A DNA stretch of 64,000 nt from Clostridiales bacterium (GCA_004557245.1 SFEL01000002.1:92102-156101), one strand, 5' to 3'; shown: positions 45,426-55,424, counted from the first letter of the stretch. Notes: generated by a model not told the origin, from the letters alone. Program-made: numbers and translations.

Positions 45426-46398
45426 ATTTATCGTAGGCAGTAATGATCTTTTGTACCATTTCGTGCCGAACCACGTCCTTATATGTTAGGAATACCCGGG
45501 CAATACCGTCCACTCCCTCCAGCACGTCCAGCGCGTGCACAAGGCCGCTCTTTTTGTCGCGTGGCAGGTCAATCTGGGTTATATCTCCTGTCACCACTAC
45601 TCTTGAGCCCTCGCCAAACCGGGTAAGGAACATCTTCATCTGTTCCACGGTGCAGTTTTGCGCCTCGTCCAGTATTATATACGCATCGTTCAGGGTGCGG
45701 CCGCGCATGTATGCAAGAGGCGCTACCTCGATCACGCCCCGCTCGCTGAGTGCGTGGAAGTTCTCGCTGCCCAGGAAGTCGTACAGCGCGTCGTACAGCG
45801 GTCTCAGATACGGATCCACCTTATTTTGCAGGTCGCCGGGCAAAAATCCCAGCTTTTCGCCGGCCTCCACGGCAGGACGGGTAAGGATTATCTTTTCCAC
45901 CTCTTTATTTTTATACGCCAGCACCGCCATGGCAACTGCCAGATAAGTCTTGCCGGTGCCCGCAGGGCCTACGCCAAACACAACAGTATTACGCTTTAGG
46001 GCGGATATGTACTTCTTCTGGCCCAATGTACGGCACTTTATTTTGCGGCCCTTATTTGTAAAGGCCACCACGTCGTCTATCAGCTCCAGTATGAGATCCG
46101 CGTTGCCCTCCTTTGCGAGGTCGATGGCGTACCTTATGCGGCTCCTGTCTATATTTTCCCCCTTGCGGAGCATGGCAAGCAGCTTGTCCAGCACCGTCTC
46201 AGCCAGCGCCGCGGCTTCCTCCGGCCCCGTTATGTCTATACAGTCCACCCCCGCCTTTATTACGGCGCCCGTCTCTTCCTCTATCACCTTGAGGTTCTCA
46301 TCGAACACGCCGAAAAGCCGTATGACCTCATCCATACTGTCCACGGCTACGGTATGCTTCTGTTCCTGTAAAGTCATTTCCTGCTGGTTTTCGTTCAT
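45403..46398 (-). CDS. phoH: PhoH family ATPase
   Basis: Walker A GPAGTGKTYLA, DEAQN, GDITQIDLP. Confidence 0.9.
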   Translation of the reverse strand: MNENQQEMTLQEQKHTVAVDSMDEVIRLFGVFDENLKVIEEETGAVIKAGVDCIDITGPEEAAALAETVLDKLLAMLRKGENIDRSRIRYAIDLAKEGNADLILELIDDVVAFTNKGRKIKCRTLGQKKYISALKRNTVVFGVGPAGTGKTYLAVAMAVLAYKNKEVEKIILTRPAVEAGEKLGFLPGDLQNKVDPYLRPLYDALYDFLGSENFHALSERGVIEVAPLAYMRGRTLNDAYIILDEAQNCTVEQMKMFLTRFGEGSRVVVTGDITQIDLPRDKKSGLVHALDVLEGVDGIARVFLTYKDVVRHEMVQKIITAYDKYEHRSRD

Positions 46399-47549
46399 TG
46401 ACTGATCATATCTCCGATAACGGTTATATTTTGCTCCGCCACGATGTCCATGACACAGATAATTCCACCCCCGTCTGAACTGTATGCGGTCTTTTTTGAT
46501 ATTATACCCGCGTCCTTGGGCAGTTTCGCCCTGGCAAGCTCCTCTGCTCCCCTGAGCGCCGCAGCCTTTAATGTTTCCTCATCGGCCTTTGCCCGCTTAT
46601 ACACGAGTTCTGAATACTCCGCACGGCAAAGCGTTATAGGCAATATAGCGGCAAATCCGAAGCTTTCATCCGTGCCTGTTTCATACTCCTCATATGGCAC
46701 TATACACGGAATTATTGTTTTTCCCTTCAGCTCTATCCAGAAGCCTGTCTGTTTTCTGCCACTTGGCATCAGCATATCCTGCATCTCGTCCGCTCGGTAT
46801 GAAAACCTGTGCAGCACCTCGGCAGTTACCTTGCCGCGGGCTTCCGTATATATGCCGTTGCCGAGGTCGCCGGATATCAGCAGCTCCCCCTTTTCCACAG
46901 CGTCACCCGCGTTGTGGTTAGCCTTTCCGGAAAGGGCGGTTATGGAGGTTATTATTCCGCTTTCCGCCGCGTATATGCTGCAGGGCTCGCCCGGAGTATA
47001 CACCGGCACGTCCTCTTTTGCCTCTTTTACAGATATCTGCAGCACTACGCCCGTGAGCTCGGCTCCCGCCCATGCTATGCGGCTGTCGGAATTCTTTACG
47101 CCTTCGGCTATAGCGGCAGTATCGAGCTTTCCGCGCCCCGTTCCCGGCGATACGCCCATCTTATCCAGAGTCTTGGCTATCTCGCTCTGCTCTATCCTTC
47201 CGCAGCCCTCTATATCTATTATCCACATGAACCGGGAGGCTACCAGCACAGCCGCCAGCGCTATCACCCAGCCGAAGGCCATAACGTACCTGCTGCCCAT
47301 ATGGCACAGCGCTACCGTCAAACCGTGCTTTTCCACTATCCTTATCCGGCAGGGGTACTGGCGCAGTATGGGCCGCAGGCTGTAAAAGCCCCCTATGCTT
47401 ACGCTGAGGCGTATACTGCCGCGCCTTCGCGAAATATCCCATATCTCGATACCGCTTTTGGTTATGCTGTTTATAAGCCTCTCAAGATATGCTCCTTCGA
47501 TATCAATAATAACATATCCCGCAATAGAATTCCAGATATTCGCCGCCAC
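46395..47549 (-). CDS. yqfD: sporulation protein YqfD
   Basis: 384 aa with a central TM. GTG start with RBS GGGAGGGAG. Conserved yqfC-yqfD-phoH order. Confidence 0.8.
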   Translation of the reverse strand: MAANIWNSIAGYVIIDIEGAYLERLINSITKSGIEIWDISRRRGSIRLSVSIGGFYSLRPILRQYPCRIRIVEKHGLTVALCHMGSRYVMAFGWVIALAAVLVASRFMWIIDIEGCGRIEQSEIAKTLDKMGVSPGTGRGKLDTAAIAEGVKNSDSRIAWAGAELTGVVLQISVKEAKEDVPVYTPGEPCSIYAAESGIITSITALSGKANHNAGDAVEKGELLISGDLGNGIYTEARGKVTAEVLHRFSYRADEMQDMLMPSGRKQTGFWIELKGKTIIPCIVPYEEYETGTDESFGFAAILPITLCRAEYSELVYKRAKADEETLKAAALRGAEELARAKLPKDAGIISKKTAYSSDGGGIICVMDIVAEQNITVIGDMISQ

Positions 47550-47612
47550 TGAGCTCCCTCCCGCCGGCCTTTTTGCCCTTTAATTCACACTTTATTCACT
47601 TATTGGGTGGGT

Positions 47613-47921
47613 TCATTCATAGGTCACTCCGGTAATGTACCCCTCTACCAGCATCTGCTCCCTGTCCAGCTCCCTTATTTCCAAATCTTTTCCATATACC
47701 GACAGCATACCTTCAGGCCCGGTCAGAGTAATGCCCTTCTCCGTATAGGCGTACACGCCGCGATGATTCTCTATCAGCGCCAGCCTGTGCCCAAGCATGG
47801 TTACCTTTGCTGTGGAACCGTCCGTCTCCATGGGCAGGCCAACCGCCAGCATCGCGCCCGCAGCAGGATCCCTTCTGCGCCGCTTTTTATGTTTTCGCTT
47901 GTCATTCAGGTTCTTTTTCAA
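47613..47921 (-). CDS. yqfC: sporulation protein YqfC
   Basis: LIENHRGVYAYTEKGITL..LVEGYITGVTYE is typical of YqfC. TTG start with GGGGGA RBS. Confidence 0.8.
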   Translation of the reverse strand: MKKNLNDKRKHKKRRRRDPAAGAMLAVGLPMETDGSTAKVTMLGHRLALIENHRGVYAYTEKGITLTGPEGMLSVYGKDLEIRELDREQMLVEGYITGVTYE

Positions 47922-47982
47922 GGCATATTTCCCCCGTAAGGCATTCTATGCAGCATACGTCTCCATGATTACAGACAAGCAA

Positions 47983-48236
47983 AAGCCGCCGCGGTATACG
48001 CGGCGGCCTCAGAGTGTCAAAAAAGTGGCTGAACGCCACTTTTTTGAGCTTTCTCATTCGGTGCTTGCGCCTATGGCGCGGCCAGCACCGAATGCAGGGA
48101 AAGCCTTGCTGCGCAAGGGCTTTCGCGGATTTGCCGCGCATGTCGCCAAATCCGAATAAAGCCATAAGGGGCTGCGGCCCCTTATCAACCCCCGGGTTTT
48201 TCGACAGCCTGAAGCCGCCGCGGTATACGCGGCGGC
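47983..48236. repeat. intergenic array of seven consecutive hairpins bounded by a perfect 25-nt direct repeat (AAGCCGCCGCGGTATACGCGGCGGC at 47983-48007 and 48212-48236)
   Basis: Hairpins at 47985-48007, 48019-48045, 48055-48094 (11-bp outer stem plus inner GCGCC/GGCGC), 48099-48124, 48126-48154, 48164-48185 and 48214-48236, all read directly from the sequence. Confidence 0.75.
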
Positions 48237-48243
48237 TTTATCG

Positions 48244-49635
48244 TCACCATTGCTCTGCCATATCGAAACCCGATTCTGCCTTATATCCTTCTCTTTTGTA
48301 TGTTTTTCCATCGAAAAGGCAGTATTTGCTGCCCCCTCCGGTATCCGCAAAGGAACAGTCCACGTAATACTTCTCTCCATCTATCTTTACCATGTTCCAG
48401 GCGTGACCCTCGCCGCCCTGCTCGCCTACTATCACATAGCACTCCAGATCGAGGTAATCACACAGCGCCTTATACGCCATGGCGTAGCCCGAGCAGACGG
48501 TCTTACCTTCTATCAGTGCGCCGTAGGCAGAGCGGCCTATGCGCATCTCCTTTGTAAGGTTCTCTGCCTTGGTTGCATCGGATATGCCGTTATCGTAGCT
48601 GGCGGCAGATATGACCTCACGGTACGCCGCTCTGTAGAGCTTTTCCGTTTCCTTGTGCTTCGCCATTATGCCGTCCCCGCGACGGGCTATGTCAGCCTTC
48701 AGCTCCTGGCGAAGCTCGGCAAGCTCACTTCCTCTCACCGGCAGCTCCAGCCGACCAACTATTATGCGGCGGCCATCCTCCTCTGTGTATTGCTTATACC
48801 ATATTTTATCCGCCTCGCAGGGCAGCGCAGCGCAGTTTGTGGAGGCCATGCTTAAGACATCCAGCAGCTCCCCCTCCGTCATGCCGGCTCCGGTATACAG
48901 GACAGCCGCCTCCTTCCCGATATCCGTGCTCCATGCCTCTACCATGGCCTCGTACAGGGACCTTTTATCCACGGCTTCCGCCATCTTGCCCAGGGGTACG
49001 GTCCCTTCAGTATAATCCACCGTAAGTTCCAGCTCGGTCACGTCGCCGTAATCCGTCATCACCCAGCTTATCCTGTCGGTAAGGTATTCACAGGCATAGT
49101 TTTTCTGCTGTATGCCCACTATGGCGTCATATATAAATTTGTCGAACTCTTCGATTGACGCCGCGCTTTCGAATAGGTACAGCGCCTTTTTGCCGCCCCT
49201 TTGCAGCATATCCATAACGCAAAGCTCTGCGTCATCCTCCGTGCGCCGGTATTTTTTAAGTCCCCCGCCGTCTCTTGGCATTGCGGCGAGCAGATCGGCG
49301 TCCTTCAGAACAATGTCGTAGTCCGCGCTGAGATACCCTTTATACTGCTCGTATTCGGCGCTCACGCCATCTACGAACCGCCGGCATACATATCCCCTGC
49401 GCCAGTCCTCGTTATCCAGCGGATCAAGGCCGGATATGCGGCCGAAGTACAGTATTTCCAGCTTGTTTTCGCCATTCAGAACCGCATTTTCGATATTTGC
49501 AGCGAGGCTATCCGCCCTATACTCCTCCGGATATATGCCCTTTGCGGCAAGCTGCTCGGGGGACACTCCGCAGCCCGTTAGCAGCGCCGGAACAATTATC
49601 GCAAGTAATAGTATTTTTACCCTGTTTTTCTTCAA
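48244..49635 (-). CDS. lipoprotein with C-terminal transglutaminase-like cysteine-protease core
   Basis: MKKNRVKILLLAIIVPALLTGC lipobox. Cys-His-Asp triad context CSGYAMAY .. GHAWNMV .. YYVDCSF. Confidence 0.65.
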   Translation of the reverse strand: MKKNRVKILLLAIIVPALLTGCGVSPEQLAAKGIYPEEYRADSLAANIENAVLNGENKLEILYFGRISGLDPLDNEDWRRGYVCRRFVDGVSAEYEQYKGYLSADYDIVLKDADLLAAMPRDGGGLKKYRRTEDDAELCVMDMLQRGGKKALYLFESAASIEEFDKFIYDAIVGIQQKNYACEYLTDRISWVMTDYGDVTELELTVDYTEGTVPLGKMAEAVDKRSLYEAMVEAWSTDIGKEAAVLYTGAGMTEGELLDVLSMASTNCAALPCEADKIWYKQYTEEDGRRIIVGRLELPVRGSELAELRQELKADIARRGDGIMAKHKETEKLYRAAYREVISAASYDNGISDATKAENLTKEMRIGRSAYGALIEGKTVCSGYAMAYKALCDYLDLECYVIVGEQGGEGHAWNMVKIDGEKYYVDCSFADTGGGSKYCLFDGKTYKREGYKAESGFDMAEQW

Positions 49636-49658
49636 TTTTCCTCCATTTCGATATGGCG

Positions 49659-50648
49659 CTACATCACCCTGTCGGGATTTATCTCCCCGCAGTAATCCCG
49701 CGCCATCATCTGCCTCACCTTATCCATGTCGTGGGTATGTCCCAGCACCCACATCAGCTTCGTCACCGCCGCCTCGGTAGTCATGTCCGCTGCGGATATG
49801 ACGCCGGAATCCCTTAGAGTATGGCTCACCTCGTATATGTCCGGGGAGCTGGCCTCGTAAAGGCACTGTGAGGTCAGTACCACAGGTATGTCCTCATCTA
49901 TCAGCTTCTTCAGGCTCATTGCGTGATCGCGGCGGAAGTTATGCACTCCGCCCAGACCGAAGGCCTCCACAACTACGCCCTTTATTCCGCAGCTGGCTAC
50001 GCTTTCGAGGAACGCCGGGCTTGTGCCGGGTATGAGTTTTATGAGCGCTACCCGAGGATCGATATCTATAAAGCAGGAGAATTCTTTCCTCGGCTCCGGC
50101 CTAACGAAGCTTATAAAGCCGCCGTTGGCAACAGCGCCGATATATGGGTAATTTATGGATTCAAAGGCGTTAAGTGAGGTCGTGCGGGTCTTTACCGCAC
50201 GGCAGCCCTTTATTACCGCGTCCCCGAAGGCTATATATACGCCGCCGGTCAGCTCGCTGGCGGCTATTATGGCGTTATGCAGGTTTTTGCGCCCGTCTGA
50301 ATCCGGCCTGACTATGGGATACTGGGAACCTGTAAGCACCACGGGTATATCTATATCCCTCAGCATAAAAGAAAGCATCGACGCAGTGTACGCCATTGTA
50401 TCCGTTCCATGGGTTATCACTATGCCTGAGCAGCTTTCCCGGGCTTTTATCACCGCCTTGGCCATCTGCTGCCATTCCTCAGGCTGTATGTTCGAGCTGT
50501 CCATATGGAACAGGTCGGTATACTCTATCTTATGTCCGCCCGGCACGTATTCAAGCAGCTCCTTTGCACCGAGTCCCGGCACAAGCCCATTAGGGGAAGG
50601 TACGCACGCGATGGTTCCACCGGTAGCGATGATATGCAGCTTTTTCAT
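49659..50648 (-). CDS. type I L-asparaginase family protein
   Basis: IIATGGTIA and THGTDTMAYT motifs. Confidence 0.85.
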   Translation of the reverse strand: MKKLHIIATGGTIACVPSPNGLVPGLGAKELLEYVPGGHKIEYTDLFHMDSSNIQPEEWQQMAKAVIKARESCSGIVITHGTDTMAYTASMLSFMLRDIDIPVVLTGSQYPIVRPDSDGRKNLHNAIIAASELTGGVYIAFGDAVIKGCRAVKTRTTSLNAFESINYPYIGAVANGGFISFVRPEPRKEFSCFIDIDPRVALIKLIPGTSPAFLESVASCGIKGVVVEAFGLGGVHNFRRDHAMSLKKLIDEDIPVVLTSQCLYEASSPDIYEVSHTLRDSGVISAADMTTEAAVTKLMWVLGHTHDMDKVRQMMARDYCGEINPDRVM

Positions 50649-50736
50649 AGTGACAGCCTCCGAAATGAAATTTTTGACGTGTCCTGTTCTGTTACCTTGA
50701 TTATAGCTTTTGCCGCATCACTTCGCAACGGCAATA

Positions 50737-50766
50737 TTGCAAGCTATGCACCGCATGAGTTATAAT
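50737..50766 (+). promoter_or_regulatory. sigmaA promoter of the MFS gene (-35 TTGCAA, 18 nt, -10 TATAAT)
   Basis: Read directly, 55 nt upstream of ATG 50822. Confidence 0.45.
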
Positions 50767-50821
50767 TGTTAAGGAAACGCAGGCATATCCAATAAAATTT
50801 CCGCCCAGAGGTATAACTTAA

Positions 50822-52099
50822 ATGAAACTCAACAGCAAACGTACCTTTATCATCGGCCTGGCATTCTTTTCCATATGCGCTTTCTGGCAGATGTATGACA
50901 ATATTGTACCGCTCATTTTAAAATACCGCTACGGCATAAGCGACGGCATATCCGGACCCATAATGGCTCTGGACAATGTATTGGCACTGTTCATGCTGCC
51001 GCTTTTCGGCACGCTCAGCGACAAGAAGGGCGTGAGAATGCCGTTTATAGTCATTGGTACAACATGCGCGGTGATACTCACGGTGTGCCTTTCCTTCGCA
51101 AAGACATTTTCAATGTTCTTTACGCTGCTTTCGCTGCTGCTGATATCCATGAGCATATACCGTTCTCCGGCCGTTGCACTGATGCCTGACGTTACGCCGA
51201 AGCCTCTGCGAAGCAAAGCCAATGCCATAATCAATCTCATGGGCGCGCTTGGCGGCGTATACACACTGGCCATGACAAGCTTTCTTGTCAAGGGCTCTGC
51301 GGTGGACGACCCCAGTTACCTGCCGCTTTTCATAGCTGTCGCGGTGCTGATGGCTATATCGGTAACCGCCCTTGCCCTTTCCGTAAACGAAAAGAAGCTC
51401 AAGGCCGAGGCCGACATAATAAATGACAGGATCGATGCCGAAACGGTGGCCAAACTCGACCTTCCCGGCAATGAGAGGAGCAGGCTGTCCCCGGAAATGT
51501 TCCGCAGTCTCATGCTTATACTCTTCTCCGTTTCCTTCTGGTACATGGGCTACAACGCCGTGACTACCGCCTTCACCCGCTACGCCACCGAGATGTGGGG
51601 GCAGGATGTGGGCGGCGCCTCCACCTGCCTTATGATAGCCACGGTAGGCGCGGTAATATCCTACATACCGATTGGCATGATATCTTCAAAGATAGGCCGC
51701 AAGAAGACTATACTCATAGGCGTGGCGCTGCTTGCCGGCTGCTTTGCCCTCGGCGCCTTAATGGCCGCCACCTTCTCCCCCCTGCTCTATGTCATGTTCG
51801 CTCTGGTGGGCTTTGCATGGGCGGCAATAAACGTAAACAGCTATCCTATGGTGGTGGAGATATCCACCAGCTGCGATGTGGGCAAGTATACGGGATATTA
51901 CTATACCTTCTCCATGGCAGCCCAGATAGCCACACCCATAATATCCGGCCAGCTCCTTCAGCACGTGGGCTACAATACTCTTTTTCCCTACGCGGCAATC
52001 ATGGTATCCATATCCTTTATAACCATGTCCCTCACCCGCCACGGCGACAGCAGGCCAGAGAAAAAAGGCAAGCTGGAGTCCTTTGACATAGAGGATTAG
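50822..52099 (+). CDS. MFS transporter
   Basis: 425 aa, 12 TM-like segments, loop 2-3 motif GTLSDKKGVRMPF. Confidence 0.8.
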   Translation: MKLNSKRTFIIGLAFFSICAFWQMYDNIVPLILKYRYGISDGISGPIMALDNVLALFMLPLFGTLSDKKGVRMPFIVIGTTCAVILTVCLSFAKTFSMFFTLLSLLLISMSIYRSPAVALMPDVTPKPLRSKANAIINLMGALGGVYTLAMTSFLVKGSAVDDPSYLPLFIAVAVLMAISVTALALSVNEKKLKAEADIINDRIDAETVAKLDLPGNERSRLSPEMFRSLMLILFSVSFWYMGYNAVTTAFTRYATEMWGQDVGGASTCLMIATVGAVISYIPIGMISSKIGRKKTILIGVALLAGCFALGALMAATFSPLLYVMFALVGFAWAAINVNSYPMVVEISTSCDVGKYTGYYYTFSMAAQIATPIISGQLLQHVGYNTLFPYAAIMVSISFITMSLTRHGDSRPEKKGKLESFDIED

Positions 52100-52118
52100 G
52101 CAAAAAGTCCGGAGGCCA

Positions 52119-52151
52119 AACCGGCGGTTGAGAGCTTTTCAACCGCCGGTT
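52119..52151 (+). terminator. rho-independent terminator, 13-bp stem
   Basis: AACCGGCGGTTGA-GAGCTTT-TCAACCGCCGGTT. Confidence 0.7.
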
Positions 52152-52257
52152 GAAAAATGTTTTTTCCCTTTGAAACGAATGGGTTATAGCTTAACCGTCG
52201 CATTTATGGCATAATCCCGGTGTAAAAGAAATGAACGAAAAGCAAAAGGAGAAAAAT

Positions 52258-53259
52258 ATGATCGACAACACCGAAACCAACAATACCGATACTTTGGGCA
52301 AGCGCATAATGGCGCTGCGCAAGGCCGCGGGCATGACCCAGGAGCAGGTAGCGGAGCATCTCGGCGTATCCCCCCAGGCGGTAAGCAAGTGGGAGAACGA
52401 CGTATCCTGCCCCGACGTTACCATGATACCTCGCATAGCCCAGCTGTTTAACGTATCCACAGACGAGCTTCTCGGCCTCAAGGCAAGCACCGTCAGGCCG
52501 GCCGATACTTCTTCCTACAGCCATGGAAACGGCGGCTGCTGCAAATCCTCCTCCGCAACTCAGGGCATAGGCTTCGGCCTGCTGCTGATAGTGCTGGGCA
52601 TAGCTTACCTTGTAAGCCGCAACATCAACACTACATTTAATATATGGGGCATACTATGGCCCACAGTGCTCCTTGGCCTCGGCATCGCCTCCACCCTTGA
52701 GCACCGCTCCGTCTTCTTTCTGGGCGTTGCGGGCGTAGGCTTTTACTACCTTCTCTCAAATCTGGGGCAGAAAATGCCCTTTGAAATGAGCTGGGGCATA
52801 GCCATACCCGTTGCACTGATACTCTTCGGCGTAGACATGGTATTGAAAAAGCTGCTCCCATCCTTTTTTGACAGGGACGGCCGTCAGCACTGGGACGGCG
52901 GCAAAAACGCCGTGCGCAGCTTTTCATGTGAAAACGGCTTTGTATCCTGCTCATCTGTATTCTGCGAGAACATACTCAACGCAGAGACCTGCGATATAAC
53001 CGGCGGACGCATAAAGACCGCCTTCGGCCACTGTGTGCTGGATCTTTCCGCATGTACCTTCGCCCCGGAGACTCACTTCAGCATTGAGACCTCCTTCGGC
53101 AGTCTCGAGTTGATTCTGCCGCGCAATGTTCGGGTGAATTCCAGCGTTGAAGCAGCCTTTGGCGGCGTTGAAACAAAGGGGCATCCGGACAGTGCAGATG
53201 CCATACTCAATCTCTGCGGCAGCACCGCCTTCGGCGCAACTCAGATAAGATACAACTAA
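52258..53259 (+). CDS. membrane-anchored XRE-family HTH protein with C-terminal LiaF/DUF2154- or DUF4097-like beta-rich domain
   Basis: HTH LGKRIMALRKAAGMTQEQVAEHLGVSPQAVSKWEND, about 4 TM segments, then repetitive FG-containing strands (TAFGHCVLDLS, TSFGSLELILP, AAFGGVETKG, STAFGATQIRY). Start at ATG 52258 with RBS AAGGAG. Confidence 0.6.
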   Translation: MIDNTETNNTDTLGKRIMALRKAAGMTQEQVAEHLGVSPQAVSKWENDVSCPDVTMIPRIAQLFNVSTDELLGLKASTVRPADTSSYSHGNGGCCKSSSATQGIGFGLLLIVLGIAYLVSRNINTTFNIWGILWPTVLLGLGIASTLEHRSVFFLGVAGVGFYYLLSNLGQKMPFEMSWGIAIPVALILFGVDMVLKKLLPSFFDRDGRQHWDGGKNAVRSFSCENGFVSCSSVFCENILNAETCDITGGRIKTAFGHCVLDLSACTFAPETHFSIETSFGSLELILPRNVRVNSSVEAAFGGVETKGHPDSADAILNLCGSTAFGATQIRYN

Positions 53260-53276
53260 AGCAATACGGTCATATA

Positions 53277-53307
53277 AAAGGGCCGCCGGAATACCGGCGG
53301 CCCTTTT
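53277..53307. terminator. bidirectional terminator
   Basis: AAAAGGGCCGCCGG-AATA-CCGGCGGCCCTTTT between convergent genes. Confidence 0.75.
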
Positions 53308-53389
53308 CAGCTTCTTATCTGTTTACAATCCTGTTTATCCAAATATCTATAAGGAAATCCGCAATGTCGTTGACCGTATCCACCTTCCG

Positions 53390-53698
53390 TTACATCTGAC
53401 CCAGCTCGGTGCTTTCCACGTATTCGCTCTTGAACTCCCTCATTTTGCGCATGTGGTCGCTCTGAAGGTGTATCTGCTGGTCTTCCCTGCTCTCCCATGC
53501 TTCCAACAGAAAAAGCTCATCCGCCTTGTCTATGGGCAGATAGTATTCGTACTTTATACAGCCCTGCTCCATGCGGGTATGCTCTGCTATCTTTTCCTTA
53601 ATCAGACGCTTTACAAATTCGTCGCGCTTGCCCTTTTTAAGCTTATAATTAACCGTAAGAATAAGCACATTTCCCTCCAAATATCCATGGGTTATCAT
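53390..53698 (-). CDS. antibiotic-biosynthesis-monooxygenase (ABM) domain protein
   Basis: 102 aa ferredoxin-like fold pattern (EQGCIKYEYY..LFLLEAWESREDQQIHLQSDHM). Confidence 0.7.
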   Translation of the reverse strand: MITHGYLEGNVLILTVNYKLKKGKRDEFVKRLIKEKIAEHTRMEQGCIKYEYYLPIDKADELFLLEAWESREDQQIHLQSDHMRKMREFKSEYVESTELGQM

Positions 53699-53782
53699 AT
53701 TTCAACCCATATTATACCATAACAAATCAAAATGCCGAAAGGCAAACGCCAATTACGGCTAAACTTTTATGCTATTCCTTTG

Positions 53783-55399
53783 TCAGTCTATCTTTACTGC
53801 GTCTTCCGGCGGCTTGTAGTATTTGGGGCTGGCGGTTCCCCTGCGGGCTTCTTCGTCGTTGCCATTGTAGGTATCGGTATACAGCAGCTTGCTGTCCTTG
53901 AGCACCCCGTTGACATACTTGTCCTGATACGCTTCCGCCTTGTAGCCGTCCCTGCGGGCTACAGTAATCACCTTGTACCCCCTTGGTATAGTGTCGTCGT
54001 CGGTATAGTGTACGTTCTTTCGGCGTATAGTCTCGACTATCTTGCTGCGAGTCGCATATGTAACACCCTCCTCCAGCTTTTTGCCGTATATCTCCACGGT
54101 TACGGTATTGTGCTTGCTGTCCGAGCCCTCGCCGGTATGGGCAAATATGAATATAGGGCCCCCCGTATCGTTCACGAACTTCAGGTCCTTGTTGGTTATT
54201 GAATCCACCGTGGCGTCAAGCCCCTTGGGAACATATGACGACGGTATGCTGTGGGAACGCCTTTCAGTTATGGTTATATTGCCGCAGAGCAGAGCGTTGT
54301 ACAGCGTAGTGCTGACCTGGCATATGCCGCCGCCGGCCTGTATGCTGTAGCTCTTACCGTCCGCTATGCCGTTTGCGCCCTTCCAGCCCGTCTCATAGGT
54401 GCGGGGACCTATGAAGCCATTAAAGCTCCACTCCTCCCCTGCCGCCACGGTTATGCCGTTAATAAGCCCTGCCGCTTTTTCGATATTGAATACGCGGTTC
54501 TGCACTACCTCGTTGTCGGTGCTTATGGCGTATTCCGTAGTGTACTCGGAACGCTTGCCGAAATCCCCCTGAAGGTCGGCTGCGGTAAAGGATGGGAGTA
54601 TATCCTCATACTTCGCGTCCATGTCGAACTCAAAGCTTCCGGCGTTGAACTGCTTCTCAATGTATTCAAGGTTCTCGGCAACTTTGAGCTTTCTGCCAGG
54701 CACTCCCTCTACAAAGCTCAAAGATATGGTGCCATCCCCATTCTGAGTGGGATTGGCCTGGGCCTCGACAGCGTTCTGATCGAATTCGCCTGCGATATCC
54801 TCGAGTTTCATTCTGAGGGTGGTGCCATTCCATGTAAACACGTCGTTTATCTGGCCCGGCTCGCCGCTTGCAGTAACGTCCACCACGCCGCTGTCGTCAG
54901 GCACGTATGCCATAGCCCTCTGTATTGCGGCGTCAACGTCGCAGGAGAGGCTTATATCCTCCCCGGTGAGCTTGTACTCCTCTCTGCCGCAGCGCAGCAC
55001 GACACAGGAGGCGGCTATTATCTCCTCCGTCTTTTTTTCCACGGCGTTCCTCGCTTCGGTCTTGGTCTTGCCTCCCACATTTATACCCAGTATGGATACG
55101 CCGTCAGGCAGGTTTTGCTCCTGGCCTATGACGAGCTGCCCGCCGTCGCTGCCGATGTGCTTCACTGCGGCGATGCTCCCCACGGCTATCAGCGCCAACA
55201 GCGCGCATATGGTTATGAGCCGCCTGTAATTCACGCGTTTTCTTGGCTTGCGCTGCTGTGGCTGCCGGCGCTCCTCGTGCCTGGTTTTTTGAGCCGTATT
55301 GAGCTTCCGGTCGGGCTTTGGCTGCGGGGCCGCCTTGGCCCTTCCCTTACCGTCCATATATCCCGGCAGCTTGAGCTCCCTGTCGTTATTGCTGGGCAT
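53783..55399 (-). CDS. VanW family protein with C-terminal G5-like domain
   Basis: An N-terminal TM after a basic tail. VanW core GGGICQVSTTLYNALL..ERRSHS. C-terminal region resembles a G5 domain. Confidence 0.8.
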   Translation of the reverse strand: MPSNNDRELKLPGYMDGKGRAKAAPQPKPDRKLNTAQKTRHEERRQPQQRKPRKRVNYRRLITICALLALIAVGSIAAVKHIGSDGGQLVIGQEQNLPDGVSILGINVGGKTKTEARNAVEKKTEEIIAASCVVLRCGREEYKLTGEDISLSCDVDAAIQRAMAYVPDDSGVVDVTASGEPGQINDVFTWNGTTLRMKLEDIAGEFDQNAVEAQANPTQNGDGTISLSFVEGVPGRKLKVAENLEYIEKQFNAGSFEFDMDAKYEDILPSFTAADLQGDFGKRSEYTTEYAISTDNEVVQNRVFNIEKAAGLINGITVAAGEEWSFNGFIGPRTYETGWKGANGIADGKSYSIQAGGGICQVSTTLYNALLCGNITITERRSHSIPSSYVPKGLDATVDSITNKDLKFVNDTGGPIFIFAHTGEGSDSKHNTVTVEIYGKKLEEGVTYATRSKIVETIRRKNVHYTDDDTIPRGYKVITVARRDGYKAEAYQDKYVNGVLKDSKLLYTDTYNGNDEEARRGTASPKYYKPPEDAVKID

Positions 55400-55424
55400 T
55401 ACTTATCTCTCCGAAAAAAATGCT

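Noticed and set aside
47983-48236. Possible CRISPR array because of the identical 25-nt repeats
   Set aside because: There are only two copies, 229 bp apart. The spacer is itself highly structured, and there are no cas genes in the window.
47902-48380. Several 85-120-aa ORFs on both strands in the yqfC upstream spacer (and 8992-9204 in the other spacer)
   Set aside because: They are read through stacked GC hairpins, are Arg/Pro/Lys-rich and lack RBSs. The DNA-level repeat and hairpin structure explains the region.
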